Origin: Promethearchaeota archaeon
GTDB lineage: Archaea > Asgardarchaeota > Lokiarchaeia > Sigyniarchaeales > SOKP01
DNA length: 64,000 nt
NCBI GenBank assembly: GCA_016840085.1
Contig: JAEOTA010000004.1
Span: 224,001 to 288,000 of the forward strand
Direction: 5' to 3'
Position 1 is the stretch's first letter. Every line of letters starts with the position of its first letter. A program made the translations under genes and the position numbers. The notes beneath the pieces are model-generated. The model did no database searches. It saw only the letters and a program-made list of their open reading frames with translations, and had not been told where the DNA came from. Below are positions 42,954 to 53,798 of this stretch, in pieces.

Positions 42954-44135
42954 TTAATCAAGAATCAACTTTATCCTTTCTAAAGCTTCTTTAATTTTTT
43001 CTTCAGGTTGAGTTAAAGCAAATCTCACATAACCTTCTCCATATTGACCAAAACCGGTCCCAGGTGTAACAACTACTCCTACTTCTATCAATTTTTTTAC
43101 GAAATTCATGCTACTCTTTTCAGAAAACTTTTTAGGAATTTGTGTCCATACATAAAAGGTTGCCTGTGGTTTTTCTGTTTTCCATCCCATATCATTTAAT
43201 CTTTTTATTAAAATATCCATCCTTTTTTCATACACTCTCACCGTTTTTTTTACTATTTCAGGTTTCTCCTCAGATTTATATTCACTTAAACCTTTCATTA
43301 CTGCTTTCTGTATGAATTTTGGACTTCCAGAGTCAATTTGAGACTTAACTTTCCTTACTCCTTGTATTATTTCTTTATTACCTGCTATCCACCCACATCG
43401 AAAACCAGTCATATTAAACATTTTAGAGGCACTATTAATTTCTACATGATTTTGATCTACTTGTAATATTGTCGGCGCAATATACTCATCAAACGTAAAT
43501 TCTGAATATGGATTATCATAAACAATAAAAAAGTTATAGTCTTCAGCATAATCAGCTACCTTTTTTAAAAATTCCTTTGGGGCGATCGCGCCAGTAGGAT
43601 TATTAGGATAATTTAGATACATCATTTTTGCTTTTTTAAGAATTTTAGTGTTAATTGCTTCTAAGTCTGGAAGAAATTTATTTTCTTTTATTAAAGGCAT
43701 CGGATAGGGTTCAGCATCGCATAGTTTTGTTGCCCCATTTTCATACACAGGATATCCCGGATTAGGACAAAGAACTATATCTCCTGGATTTATAAAAGCT
43801 CTCGCAATATTAGCTACGCCTTCTTTTCCACCAATTACGTTTGTAATCTCATCTTTAAGGTCCAATTCTACATTAAATCTTACCTTATACCATTTTGCAA
43901 CAACCTCTCTAAATTCTTCTTCACCCATACTTGCAGGATAATTATGGTTTTCTGGGATTCTAACTTCTTCAACTAATGCATTAATAATCAAGTCTGGAGT
44001 TGCTAAATCAGGATCTCCTATTCCTAGTGAAATAAAATCCATGCCTTTTTTCTTCTTTTCTGCTATTAGCTGTTCAATCTCTACAAAAATATATTTTGGA
44101 ATTCTTTTTACCCTCTCAGCGTAATCTACTTTAAT
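42954..44135 (-). CDS. dapL: LL-diaminopimelate aminotransferase-like class I PLP enzyme
   Basis: ISLGIGDPD, GGKEG, PGYPVY, NYPNNPTG, SASKMFNMTGFRCG, TPGTGFG. The frame extends to ATT at 44135 (IKVDYAERVKRIPKYIF). Confidence 0.85.
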   Translation of the reverse strand: MKVDYAERVKRIPKYIFVEIEQLIAEKKKKGMDFISLGIGDPDLATPDLIINALVEEVRIPENHNYPASMGEEEFREVVAKWYKVRFNVELDLKDEITNVIGGKEGVANIARAFINPGDIVLCPNPGYPVYENGATKLCDAEPYPMPLIKENKFLPDLEAINTKILKKAKMMYLNYPNNPTGAIAPKEFLKKVADYAEDYNFFIVYDNPYSEFTFDEYIAPTILQVDQNHVEINSASKMFNMTGFRCGWIAGNKEIIQGVRKVKSQIDSGSPKFIQKAVMKGLSEYKSEEKPEIVKKTVRVYEKRMDILIKRLNDMGWKTEKPQATFYVWTQIPKKFSEKSSMNFVKKLIEVGVVVTPGTGFGQYGEGYVRFALTQPEEKIKEALERIKLILD

Positions 44136-44292
44136 TTAAAACACCTATTTTTAAGAATTAGAGTGAAAGTACGTGTAGTCTATCATCTATATAATGATAA
44201 AAATTTTTCGAAATAGAATCTATTTTAATAAGAATTTATTAGAAAAATTGTACTAGAAAAAAAGCTAGAATATTTATTTTTTAAGATAATTA

Positions 44293-45600
44293 CTACTTTT
44301 TTTCTATTGGATTTATTTCATATTCATTCGGATCCATTGTTAGAAATGGTATGAAATCGATATTTATTAGTATTGCCATGAATAAGAAAATTATAGCATA
44401 AATTGCAAATGTGGGTAATCCAACTAAGCTTGCGAATAGTATACTCGTTAGTTCTAATCCAATTGTGGCTCCTAAATTAGTAAATGAGTTACACGTCGCA
44501 TAATAAGTTGCATCATAATCCGGATATAATTGAGATTCCTGAGCAATTACAGCAGAAAAGGCAGAATTTTTCCAACCCGCAGCCCCCCCTAAAAGAAATG
44601 CAAAAAACATTAATATTGACCAAATCACTGGTATTAAAAATAGTAAGAAGGAGATCGTTGTTATTAACAATGAGATATAAACACTACGCTTCCTTGACTG
44701 TAAATCAGCCATTCTCCCTCCAAGTAAAGCTCCAGTAATAACTCCTAATCCAATAATGAAAGCAGATAATGCATTAGGTGCATATAAATCTTCTCTTGTT
44801 GGATCACCAATTAAATCAATACTAGCGCCAGTAGAGCCAACCAAACCCCATTGAATAAGAATAAAAAGAGGGATAAATAAAAATATTACTCCATCCACTA
44901 TTGAATTAAATAAAGAGAATATATATACTTTCCAATTCTTAGCTTTACCAAAAATTACTATAAGATTATCAATTATATTTATTTCTACTGATTTCTTAAG
45001 CTCTTTAACGATAATTATTAAAAACGAGAATATAATCATCGCTATCCCTAAACCTATAAAAGCATATTCTATAATTCCTCCCGCTAATAAAATAAAAACA
45101 ACTAATAAAGGACCACCTGCAATTATACCCACAGATCTAAATCCCCAACATACGCCTTGCACACGGCCTAGCCTTTCTTTTGGATATAAATCTAAAATTA
45201 GCCCATCTATAGCGGTATCTGCCATAGCTACTCCTATAACAATAAACACGCCTAGTACCAATACCATTGTCATAGCATTTGATGGTGTTAAAATAAATGG
45301 AAAAAATACCCATAGTAGCCCTGATATAATACTAGGACCTATAATCCAAGGCTTTCTCCTTCCTATATTTTTAAAACCAAACTTGTCCGATAACATACCA
45401 TAAATGAACTTTACTCCAAACGGCAGAAGAACCAATGACATTATAGAGGCAATCTCTCCCGCATCTACAGTTCCAATTAATTGTAGTAAATAGATAGGAA
45501 TAATTGTTGTAAAATTACTCTGCACAATTCCTTGAGTAAAATAATTTAAAGAGAATACCCCAATGTATCTTTTTTTCAATTCGAGTTTTTCTTGTTCCAT
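44293..45600 (-). CDS. MFS transporter
   Basis: About 12 TM; GMLSDKFG...GRRKPWI, DTAIDG, GGRMAD. Confidence 0.9.
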   Translation of the reverse strand: MEQEKLELKKRYIGVFSLNYFTQGIVQSNFTTIIPIYLLQLIGTVDAGEIASIMSLVLLPFGVKFIYGMLSDKFGFKNIGRRKPWIIGPSIISGLLWVFFPFILTPSNAMTMVLVLGVFIVIGVAMADTAIDGLILDLYPKERLGRVQGVCWGFRSVGIIAGGPLLVVFILLAGGIIEYAFIGLGIAMIIFSFLIIIVKELKKSVEINIIDNLIVIFGKAKNWKVYIFSLFNSIVDGVIFLFIPLFILIQWGLVGSTGASIDLIGDPTREDLYAPNALSAFIIGLGVITGALLGGRMADLQSRKRSVYISLLITTISFLLFLIPVIWSILMFFAFLLGGAAGWKNSAFSAVIAQESQLYPDYDATYYATCNSFTNLGATIGLELTSILFASLVGLPTFAIYAIIFLFMAILINIDFIPFLTMDPNEYEINPIEKK

Positions 45601-45754
45601 TAGATTAAACTAAATCTTTTTGATTTACTATCTAATTTACTGTATAAAAGCTAATATTATTTTAAGGTTTCAGAACAAAATTCTGTACTAAAATCTAAAA
45701 AACACGTTTTAACTTAATTAATATTTTTAAGTAAAAAAAGTGATTTGAAAATTT

Positions 45755-45943
45755 TTAAGATGGAAAATCTTTACGTATTTTAATTTCACGTTTATAGGCA
45801 TTAATGCGATTTTGGATATGATTAAGGGGAAAAGATTGATTTAGGTGGTCTAAATTTTTTAGAATCGCTTCCAAAACCAATATAGAATTCTCTAAAATAT
45901 TAATTCTCTCTTGGGCCTTTCTCATCATATACTTATACCTCAA
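45755..45943 (-). CDS. Small hypothetical helical protein
   Basis: 62-aa ORF in an intergenic gap; no motif. Confidence 0.35.
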   Translation of the reverse strand: MRYKYMMRKAQERINILENSILVLEAILKNLDHLNQSFPLNHIQNRINAYKREIKIRKDFPS

Positions 45944-46096
45944 TCCCTTATTTTTTTTAATAATTTTAAGATAAGTTTAACTTTAAAATTATGAGAGTCA
46001 ATAGGTTTTGTGGATATAAAGTGCAAATTTAATTAAATCATGTATTTTTTTATTATTTAATTAAAAATACAGATCTTCATTATTTAGGTTATAAAA

Positions 46097-47194
46097 TTGA
46101 CTGATAAATTTTGGTATAAAGTAGCAAGAACTATTGTTAAAGCAGGTGTATTTCCTTTTCCTGTTAGTGAAGCTTTAATAGAATTGCTCCAAAATCTAAT
46201 ATCCGAAGATCAAGCGAAATTCTTGCTGATATTCAAAAAGCCTTCATTGACACTTGAACAGATTAAAGAAAGAACAGAGATGGATGAGGACTCAATCCTT
46301 AAAATTCTTGATATATTAATGTATAATGGTATCATAATTGGCGCGAAAAGTAGGAGTATGGGTGTAATGGTTTACAGATTGATGGGACCATTTCCAGGAA
46401 TATTCGAGTATACCAACTTGAGGGGGGAAACAGATGAAAAACATATAAAATTAGCAAAATTGTTTGAAAAGCTTTTTTCAGAAAGAACTAAGTTAAATCA
46501 AGCCAACTATGAAACTATGATTAATACTTTTAAAAATTTACCCCCAACAGATAGAACTCTCCCTGTAGAGAAAGAAGTGGAAGTGGGGACTGAAACTGTG
46601 ATGCCCTTCGAAGATATTAAAAAATATGTTGAAGAATATGATGATATTGCTGTTGCACATTGTTATTGCCGTCATCATAAAGATCTTGTGAATGATCCAT
46701 GTAAATTGGGAGCTCCAAAAAATAATTGTTTTCTTTTTGATAAAAGCGCTCAATTTGCTATAGAGAAAGAATTTGGACATCGAGTTTCTAGAGAGGAGGC
46801 TATAAAAATCTTTAGAGAAGCAGAAGATTATGGGCTTGTTCATAAAGTGTTTCACGTTCATTCTGATCCAAATAGAGGGATTGAAGCGATTTGTAATTGC
46901 TGTAAATGCTGTTGTGGAATTATTGGAATGTATCGTGGCGGTATTATGCCACTGCATACTATTTCTTCATATATTGCAGAAGTGAATGAAGAATCTTGTG
47001 TTGGATGCGGAACATGTGTTCAAATGTGTCCAATGGAAACGATAGAATTGGATGATACAATAGCGGTCATTAACGAAGAGAAATGCATTGGATGTGGTGT
47101 ATGCGCTCATCATTGCCCCGAGGAAGCTATACATCTAAGGAGAACAGGTCCACGAGAAGTTTTTATCCCCCCTGCAATAATAAAATCAAACTAA
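46097..47194 (+). CDS. 4Fe-4S dicluster domain protein
   Basis: CYCR, ICNCCKCCC and two C-terminal CxxCxxCxxxCP motifs. Confidence 0.9.
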   Translation: MTDKFWYKVARTIVKAGVFPFPVSEALIELLQNLISEDQAKFLLIFKKPSLTLEQIKERTEMDEDSILKILDILMYNGIIIGAKSRSMGVMVYRLMGPFPGIFEYTNLRGETDEKHIKLAKLFEKLFSERTKLNQANYETMINTFKNLPPTDRTLPVEKEVEVGTETVMPFEDIKKYVEEYDDIAVAHCYCRHHKDLVNDPCKLGAPKNNCFLFDKSAQFAIEKEFGHRVSREEAIKIFREAEDYGLVHKVFHVHSDPNRGIEAICNCCKCCCGIIGMYRGGIMPLHTISSYIAEVNEESCVGCGTCVQMCPMETIELDDTIAVINEEKCIGCGVCAHHCPEEAIHLRRTGPREVFIPPAIIKSN

Positions 47195-47319
47195 TGATTT
47201 CTCTTCTAAACATTAAATTTATGCTCTTTTTGAAATACTGAATAATATTTTTATTTCAATTTACTTTAATTCCTTTTATTATTCAATGCAAATTAAATTA
47301 TATTTAGGAGTGAATAAAA

Positions 47320-48147
47320 ATTAGCGAAAAAGATGTTGTTTTAATAGAAGAAAATGAAGAACAAACAATTACCACAATTAAATTGAATCGTTTAGAAAAA
47401 AAAAACGCTATAAATTGGGAAGTATTGTATGGTTTAGAAAAAGCGATTGAGGAAGTAGAACAATCAAAAACTAGGGTTATTATTTTAACCGGTGCATCTG
47501 ATTTTTTTAGTTCTGGGATTGACTTAAATATATTAGCTGGTCAAGATCCTACTTCAAAAGAAAGGGGTCCAGACTTATCATCACCGCCCCATTTTAGGTA
47601 TTACTTAAATACTAAACTTCACCCCGTTTTAATAAAGATTGCGAAAATTGAAAAACCATTTATAGCTAGAATCGAGGGATTTTGTTTTGGTTTAGGTTTT
47701 GAACTAGCGCTTGCTTGTGACTTTCGATTTGCTTTAGAAAATGCTAAATTTAGCATGCCTGAGGTAAAGGTAGGAATCATTCCTGACTGTTCTGGTACCA
47801 CTCGACTCGCTCGAATCTGCGGAATCGCAAATGCAAAAGATATTGCACTAACAGGAAGGATTTTTGATGGCTTTGAAGCATATAGAATGGGGGTGGTAAA
47901 TGGTATAGCAAAAAATAGAGAAGATTTGGATTTACTAGTTAAAAAATATACAGATGAATTAATAGATAGTGCTCCATTAGCAGTTGGTTTAGGTAAAAAA
48001 TTAATAGATGACGTCTATGGACAAAATTTTGAATTTGGATTAGAAATGGAAGGACTTGTAAATTCTCAATTATTACAATCAAAAGATTTTATGACAGGAG
48101 CTATGGCTAGATTACAAAAGCAAAAACCAAAATGGAAAGGCAAATAA
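47320..48147 (+). CDS. Enoyl-CoA hydratase/isomerase family protein
   Basis: LNR.EKKNAI, FSSGIDL, GLGFELALACDFR, MPEVKVGIIP. Probable ATT start at 47320 (ORF track gives 47383). Confidence 0.9.
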   Translation: MSEKDVVLIEENEEQTITTIKLNRLEKKNAINWEVLYGLEKAIEEVEQSKTRVIILTGASDFFSSGIDLNILAGQDPTSKERGPDLSSPPHFRYYLNTKLHPVLIKIAKIEKPFIARIEGFCFGLGFELALACDFRFALENAKFSMPEVKVGIIPDCSGTTRLARICGIANAKDIALTGRIFDGFEAYRMGVVNGIAKNREDLDLLVKKYTDELIDSAPLAVGLGKKLIDDVYGQNFEFGLEMEGLVNSQLLQSKDFMTGAMARLQKQKPKWKGK

Positions 48148-48194
48148 AAATTATCTAGATCGTATTTTCAAAATTTAATAGGAGACCCTGATTT

Positions 48195-49076
48195 TTGGTA
48201 GTTAAAATAGATTATCATTCTAACAGTGAAATCATAGAATGGCAGTGGGCATCAGATAACAAATTAATGCTTTATCCATATTGGACTTCTTGTTATTTAG
48301 TTGATGGTCTTCTAATTGATTCTGGGGCTCCTGGCGGAGAAAAAGATTTAAGAGAATTCGTACGATCACTTCCTCCAAATAAAATGATTGATACGTGTTT
48401 TATTACCCATACACATGAAGATCATGCGGGAGGTGCTCATTTATTGAATACAGAATTTGGAATTCCTATATATGCTGGTGAGAAAGCTATAGAAATTTTA
48501 AAAAGAGGAAGAACATATCCTGATTATCGTCAAATGGCATGGGGGACTAAGCTATTACCTGTTAATGCAAAAATAACTAAGGGACCGCTAATTACAAAAT
48601 CCAAAAAATATACCTTTGATTTATTTCCAATGGCCGGTCACGCTCCAGAGTTAATTACTTTAATTGAAAAACAACAACAATGGGCTTTTGTAGCAGATGC
48701 AGTACAGCCAAAATATAAAATGATATTCGGTGGAAAGAGTGATATACCAGAGGATATCTCATTAATTTATCAATCGCTCCAATCTCTTTACAACTTCACA
48801 GAGGGGATGGATCAACTTTTAATTTTTTCAGCTGGAAATGGTGTTCTACATGGAAGAGATTTCTTAATTAAAAAGATGAATGAAATTCAAGAATTACATA
48901 GTAAGGTCCATGAAAAATACAAAGAACTTCGTCGTAGTGGATACTCTGAAAAGCAAATTGTTAGAAAAATACTAAAAAGAGTGTTTAGAAAGGAAAGCTT
49001 TATAGGACAAATGACCAGAGGAGCTTTATCAAAAACAAATTTAATAATTTCTCTTATTAATTGGCAAATTGATTAG
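48195..49076 (+). CDS. Metallo-beta-lactamase fold hydrolase
   Basis: LIDSG, THTHEDHAGG, GHA, AD. Confidence 0.9.
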   Translation: MVVKIDYHSNSEIIEWQWASDNKLMLYPYWTSCYLVDGLLIDSGAPGGEKDLREFVRSLPPNKMIDTCFITHTHEDHAGGAHLLNTEFGIPIYAGEKAIEILKRGRTYPDYRQMAWGTKLLPVNAKITKGPLITKSKKYTFDLFPMAGHAPELITLIEKQQQWAFVADAVQPKYKMIFGGKSDIPEDISLIYQSLQSLYNFTEGMDQLLIFSAGNGVLHGRDFLIKKMNEIQELHSKVHEKYKELRRSGYSEKQIVRKILKRVFRKESFIGQMTRGALSKTNLIISLINWQID

Positions 49077-49226
49077 AGTTTAATTCTGTTTATACTTTTA
49101 GGTCTTCGTTTAATTATTTGAAGACTAATAATTGAATCATAAAACTATATTTAAGATAGTATTTATATTGAAATATATTGTAATATATAGAGAACCGAAT
49201 AAATTAGGTATAAATTATTATTATAG

Positions 49227-49898
49227 TTGATTAAAATGGAAGAGCTTAGTGAAAAAGAAATTAGTAAGCTAAGTATAGATGAGTTAACTCATCTTTTCAT
49301 GGATGTAATAAATGAACAAAATTTAAAGTTAATACAAGGAATTGAATTTCTTGTAGAGGAAAATTTTGAAAATTTTGAGAAAAATTTGCATTATGTGATA
49401 GATACTAATACAGAAGTCAAGATTAAGAAGAGATTTGAATCTAAAATATTCAAGTCAAAATTAATGTTTTCAAAAGCAGATAGATTAAAATTATTTAATA
49501 AAATAAATGATATTAAAAATATTGGGGAATTTTTAGCCAATAAAATGCTTCTTTATAGAGTTGTATTCCCCGATGAAGAATTTAAACTACAAATTTTAAA
49601 TATTCTTCAATCTTTAAAGATAATCTCCAATGATTTAGCTGATGCCGTCAAATTAATAGGTTCTGATTTAAGTAAAGCTCATGACATTTGTGAAAAAATC
49701 AAAGATGAAAGAAGAAAAATGAGAAAAGAAGAATGGCAGCTATTAAACCGATTATATAACTACGATATGGATTATTTATCCCGAACTTTCATCTATCTTA
49801 AAGAATTAATAGAAGATGTAATGATGTTAGCCGATCATATCAAAAACTTTTCAGAAAACATCCAATTCTTAGCAACTAAATATTTAATTTTCGATTAA
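49227..49898 (+). CDS. DUF47/PhoU-like helical protein (divergent)
   Basis: DRLKLFNKINDI, IEDVMMLADHIKNFSE bundle pattern; directly upstream of PiT. Confidence 0.7.
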   Translation: MIKMEELSEKEISKLSIDELTHLFMDVINEQNLKLIQGIEFLVEENFENFEKNLHYVIDTNTEVKIKKRFESKIFKSKLMFSKADRLKLFNKINDIKNIGEFLANKMLLYRVVFPDEEFKLQILNILQSLKIISNDLADAVKLIGSDLSKAHDICEKIKDERRKMRKEEWQLLNRLYNYDMDYLSRTFIYLKELIEDVMMLADHIKNFSENIQFLATKYLIFD

Positions 49899-49920
49899 AA
49901 ATAAATTATTTTGATTTGAT

Positions 49921-50958
49921 ATGGCTACTGATATCAATTTAGCTCTAATTTTAGTTTTAATAGTTATGGCTGTTGGTCTAGCCTTTTCAATAGGGGCTAA
50001 TGATGAGACTCTTTCAGCATTAATAGGTGCTGGTGTATTAAAATTTAAAATAGCTTTGATATTAGGAGGAGTAGCTATAGGCGCAGGCATGATTCTTTTT
50101 AGCCAAGGTTTCGTACCAGAAACTGTTGGTAAAAGTCTTTTAGGTGAAGGTCTAGAAGAAAAATATACTAATTATATGCTTTTAACTGTCTTGGTTAGTA
50201 GTATATTATGGTTAGTTATTGGTAGTTTTGCTGGGATTCCCCTAAGTAGCACTCATTCTTTAATTGGAAGTATTGTTGGAGTAATTGTCGTTTATTCTCT
50301 TTTTCAAGGAGGAATTGATCTCAATACCGCATTTAATTATGATAAATTAAGAGATGTTATTTTAAGTTGGTTCATTTCTCCATTATTAGGATTATTAATA
50401 ACCTATATATTCTTTAAAATTAGCGCTAAATTATTTTTTTCTCGTTTAAGAGGTCTTAATCAGATTGAAAAATCTGAAAAATCTTTTAAATGGTTATTAC
50501 TGTTCGCTGTTTTATTTGCTGAGATTTGGGTTGGGGCTAATTCAGGGGAGGCTTTAGGAATTCTTTTGAGTCTAAGAGAAAATAATTCTATAAGCAATGG
50601 TGAATATATCAGCTTTGTTATTTTATGCGGGATTTTCGCTTTTCTTGGTATTTATTTTGCTGCAAGATATGTTATCAGAAATTTGGCTTCTCATATGATA
50701 GCTACACGCCCTAGTGAGGGATTCATTATTCAAATGAGTTCAGCGTTTATTTTAATGATTGCTACTTTATTTGGACTTCCAATTTCACATAGCCATGTGA
50801 TTGTATTTTGTATTATTGGGTTAAATCTTGCTCAAAAAAAAGAAATAGATTCTAAAGGGCTAGCTAAGATGGGAGCCTTCTGGGTTCTTACATTTCCAGT
50901 TGCTGCCATTTTTGCGGGTTTTTTATATTATGGGCTAAGTATTTTTGGATTTTCGTGA
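49921..50958 (+). CDS. pit: PiT-family inorganic phosphate transporter
   Basis: GANDE, GIPLSSTHSLIGS, GANSG, GLPISHSH. Confidence 0.9.
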   Translation: MATDINLALILVLIVMAVGLAFSIGANDETLSALIGAGVLKFKIALILGGVAIGAGMILFSQGFVPETVGKSLLGEGLEEKYTNYMLLTVLVSSILWLVIGSFAGIPLSSTHSLIGSIVGVIVVYSLFQGGIDLNTAFNYDKLRDVILSWFISPLLGLLITYIFFKISAKLFFSRLRGLNQIEKSEKSFKWLLLFAVLFAEIWVGANSGEALGILLSLRENNSISNGEYISFVILCGIFAFLGIYFAARYVIRNLASHMIATRPSEGFIIQMSSAFILMIATLFGLPISHSHVIVFCIIGLNLAQKKEIDSKGLAKMGAFWVLTFPVAAIFAGFLYYGLSIFGFS

Positions 50959-51032
50959 CATATTATAAAAAATATATATATTATATATAACTATATAGAA
51001 CTTATAAATAGAGGAAAAAATAGGTGTTATAG

Positions 51033-51707
51033 ATGGGATCTTTAATTGAGTATTTAAAAAGAGAGACAGCTGTTAATGTGTTAGAAAAATCTATTAAACA
51101 TGCACAAATAGTTCAAGAATGTGTAAAGATGCTAGATGAGGGTTTGCAGATTTTATTAAAAGAGAAGGATCTTGAGAAATCTCATGATATTTTTCATAAA
51201 GTTGATATTTTAGAAAGAGATGCAGATAAACTAAGAAGAAAAATCCAAAGAGATGTTACAAGAGGCGAGTTAGATCCTACTGTCCGACAAAACTTATCCC
51301 ATTTAATTAAAAGAATGGATGATGTTGCAAATTGCAGTACAGGAGTTGCTCGTAGAATTAATACGATCCCCTTAAAATTTTGGGAACAGAGTAGCATTGA
51401 AACCATTGAGATAATCTTAGAAATGATGAAAAATACAGTTGAATGTGTTCAATTTTTAGATAAAATAGTAATTGATTTACTTGAAGAAAGAAAACATTTA
51501 AAGGATTACGCAAAGAAAATTAATCAACTTGAGCATGAAGTAGATTTACTTAATATTAAATTAAGAAAAAACCTTCAAGACACTGATTACGATGTTAACT
51601 ATTTTACTGTATTCACAGCAGGTAATGTTTTCGATATCATTGAAGCTATATCCGATGCAATTGAAGCTGTTGCAGATTATATCATGGTATTATTAATTGG
51701 CACTTAA
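51033..51707 (+). CDS. DUF47 phosphate transport regulator
   Basis: LERDAD.LRR.I, MDDVAN, LEHEVD, IEAISDAIEAVAD. Confidence 0.88.
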   Translation: MGSLIEYLKRETAVNVLEKSIKHAQIVQECVKMLDEGLQILLKEKDLEKSHDIFHKVDILERDADKLRRKIQRDVTRGELDPTVRQNLSHLIKRMDDVANCSTGVARRINTIPLKFWEQSSIETIEIILEMMKNTVECVQFLDKIVIDLLEERKHLKDYAKKINQLEHEVDLLNIKLRKNLQDTDYDVNYFTVFTAGNVFDIIEAISDAIEAVADYIMVLLIGT

Positions 51708-51794
51708 AAATATAAACTGTTATTTAAAGATCTGCTTAATTGTTAATTAATTCTCTTCTTAAGAATTAATTTTTATTGAATCCTATAATAACAA

Positions 51795-52799
51795 TTAAAC
51801 TAAATTGTTTATTATTATCTCAGAGATGTCTCCTGCATACTCGCCTGTGCGGCGTATTGATTCTAAGATGTAGCCAATAGCAATCGATAACTCTGTGCTA
51901 TTTGATGTATTTAAATTAATTTTTTCAGTAATGGATATTAATTTCTTTATAGCTTCTATATTGTCATTTGCAATTATTATACTTTTTTGGAGCCATGCAT
52001 CAAGGCTTTTACCTAATAACTCTAATGATAATTTACTTGCCTTTAAAATATCATTAATTAACTCTTTATCGATCTTTTTAAAATTTATTAATAATACGTT
52101 CTTAGCGATTTTAACAGCATGATCACCTATTCTCTCTAAGAAACGACTTATTTGGTGGAAATGACTTGCATCTTCTAATGTTATCCCCATTTTTTGACAC
52201 AGAACAATATCTCTAAGAACAATATGCGACTGACGGCCAATAAGCCAATGCAATCTATCTACATCATTATCTCGCTTAATTACTTCATCTGCTAAATTCT
52301 TGTCTCCTGTTTCAAGAGCTTTAATTGCATCTTCATGCATGCCTTGGACCAAAATATACATTCTTCTTATAGTTTTCTCAAAAGGCATTTCCTTTGGATT
52401 AAGCAAATCTTTTATAATTATAATGTTATTAGATTCCTCTACTATTTCAGGTCCTATTGCGATTTTGGTAAAATTTACAACACTATCTCTTAAAAATGGT
52501 TCAAACTTTTTACTAGACTTAACTGTAATAACACTATATCCCATAATATATGCTCCTATTAAAAGGCGAAAAAAATAATGTGATTCAGTTATATCATCTA
52601 CGTCAAAAACCTTGCTTTTTATATAATCTTCAGAATTAATTTTTGGTGTAATGAGTAAATTCCCATCAGGTTGACTGAGAATTCCAATTGTATCTTTTGG
52701 TTCTATTTTATGTTTTTGAATCCATGCTTTTGGTAAACTAATTATAAAAGACGATCCACCCGTTTGTTGAACTTTTCTTGTTTCTATATTAAACGTCAT
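51795..52799 (-). CDS. phoU: Archaeal phosphate uptake regulator, AbrB-like N-terminus plus PhoU domains
   Basis: ETRKVQQTGGSSFIISLPKAW; RDNDVDRL; LERIGDHA. Confidence 0.93.
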   Translation of the reverse strand: MTFNIETRKVQQTGGSSFIISLPKAWIQKHKIEPKDTIGILSQPDGNLLITPKINSEDYIKSKVFDVDDITESHYFFRLLIGAYIMGYSVITVKSSKKFEPFLRDSVVNFTKIAIGPEIVEESNNIIIIKDLLNPKEMPFEKTIRRMYILVQGMHEDAIKALETGDKNLADEVIKRDNDVDRLHWLIGRQSHIVLRDIVLCQKMGITLEDASHFHQISRFLERIGDHAVKIAKNVLLINFKKIDKELINDILKASKLSLELLGKSLDAWLQKSIIIANDNIEAIKKLISITEKINLNTSNSTELSIAIGYILESIRRTGEYAGDISEIIINNLV

Positions 52800-52871
52800 T
52801 CTAATTCACAATCTCATTGTTTTATGTATATCTATATATAAAAAATATTTTTATATTTTTATATAGGTTTT

Positions 52872-52889
52872 CTATATATTCTATATAGA
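52872..52889. promoter_or_regulatory. Putative phosphate-regulon operator CTATATATTCTATATAGA
   Basis: Identical 18-mer at 59986-60003; lies in the divergent promoter region upstream of phoU. Confidence 0.6.
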
Positions 52890-53150
52890 TATTTCTTATA
52901 TTTGTAAAAATGTATACAAAAAAGTAAAGTAACTTAATAACCTGACTATATAGATGTTAAAAGGTTGCTATAAATCAAAAAATCTAAAGTTATTTTAATC
53001 CTTTAATTTCTAAACTGTATTGAAAGATTAACTCCAATTATTAAAAATTTCTTTATTTTGATTTATCATTTATAGAAATGAATGATTTTATGTCTAATTT
53101 CTATAGTTTATAGAGATATAGTTTATATTTTAACAATTTAATCCAATATT

Positions 53151-53759
53151 ATGGATTTGTATGAAAATTTGCCAGATAAAGAGATTAAGCCTGTAGGAGA
53201 ACTTTCAAAGAAGTTTTTAGAGTTAGGAATTAAAACCTTTAGAGAAGCATGTGATTATGTACACAATATTGAATATGGTTATAATACAAATTATGACGAT
53301 AAAATGGTTTTTTTTAAAGAAAAAAAGGGTACTTGTACATCTAAACATGCTGTTATAGCGGGTCTTGCTGAAGAACTTAACATACCACTTTACAAGCATG
53401 TAGGTGTTTATAAATTTACAGAAGAAATCTCAACTGGTACAAATGAAATTCTGAAAAAATATAATTTACCTTTTGTACCAATGGTGCATTGCTTTTTAGT
53501 GTATAAAAATTTCTATTTTGATCTCACAGAAGGAAATTGTGACGGAAAAAATACAACAATCGATGAATTTATCTATGAAGAAAAAGTAGATCCTTTTATT
53601 AGCAGGAAAGATGAATATTTACTATTTAAAAAAGTGTTAAAAGAATATATCTTACCATCGAAAGAAATGGAAGGCATTATCGAAAGAACAGTATTAAAAG
53701 CAAGAGAACAATCTATTATTCTTTTAAAAGAAAATATAAAAAAACAGAAGAATTTATGA
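53151..53759 (+). CDS. Hypothetical protein, possible transglutaminase-like Cys-His-Asp triad
   Basis: GTCTSKH, VHCFL, FDLT. Confidence 0.6.
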   Translation: MDLYENLPDKEIKPVGELSKKFLELGIKTFREACDYVHNIEYGYNTNYDDKMVFFKEKKGTCTSKHAVIAGLAEELNIPLYKHVGVYKFTEEISTGTNEILKKYNLPFVPMVHCFLVYKNFYFDLTEGNCDGKNTTIDEFIYEEKVDPFISRKDEYLLFKKVLKEYILPSKEMEGIIERTVLKAREQSIILLKENIKKQKNL

Positions 53760-53798
53760 AACTATTAACTTATTTTATTCTTCTATTCTAATTCTTAC

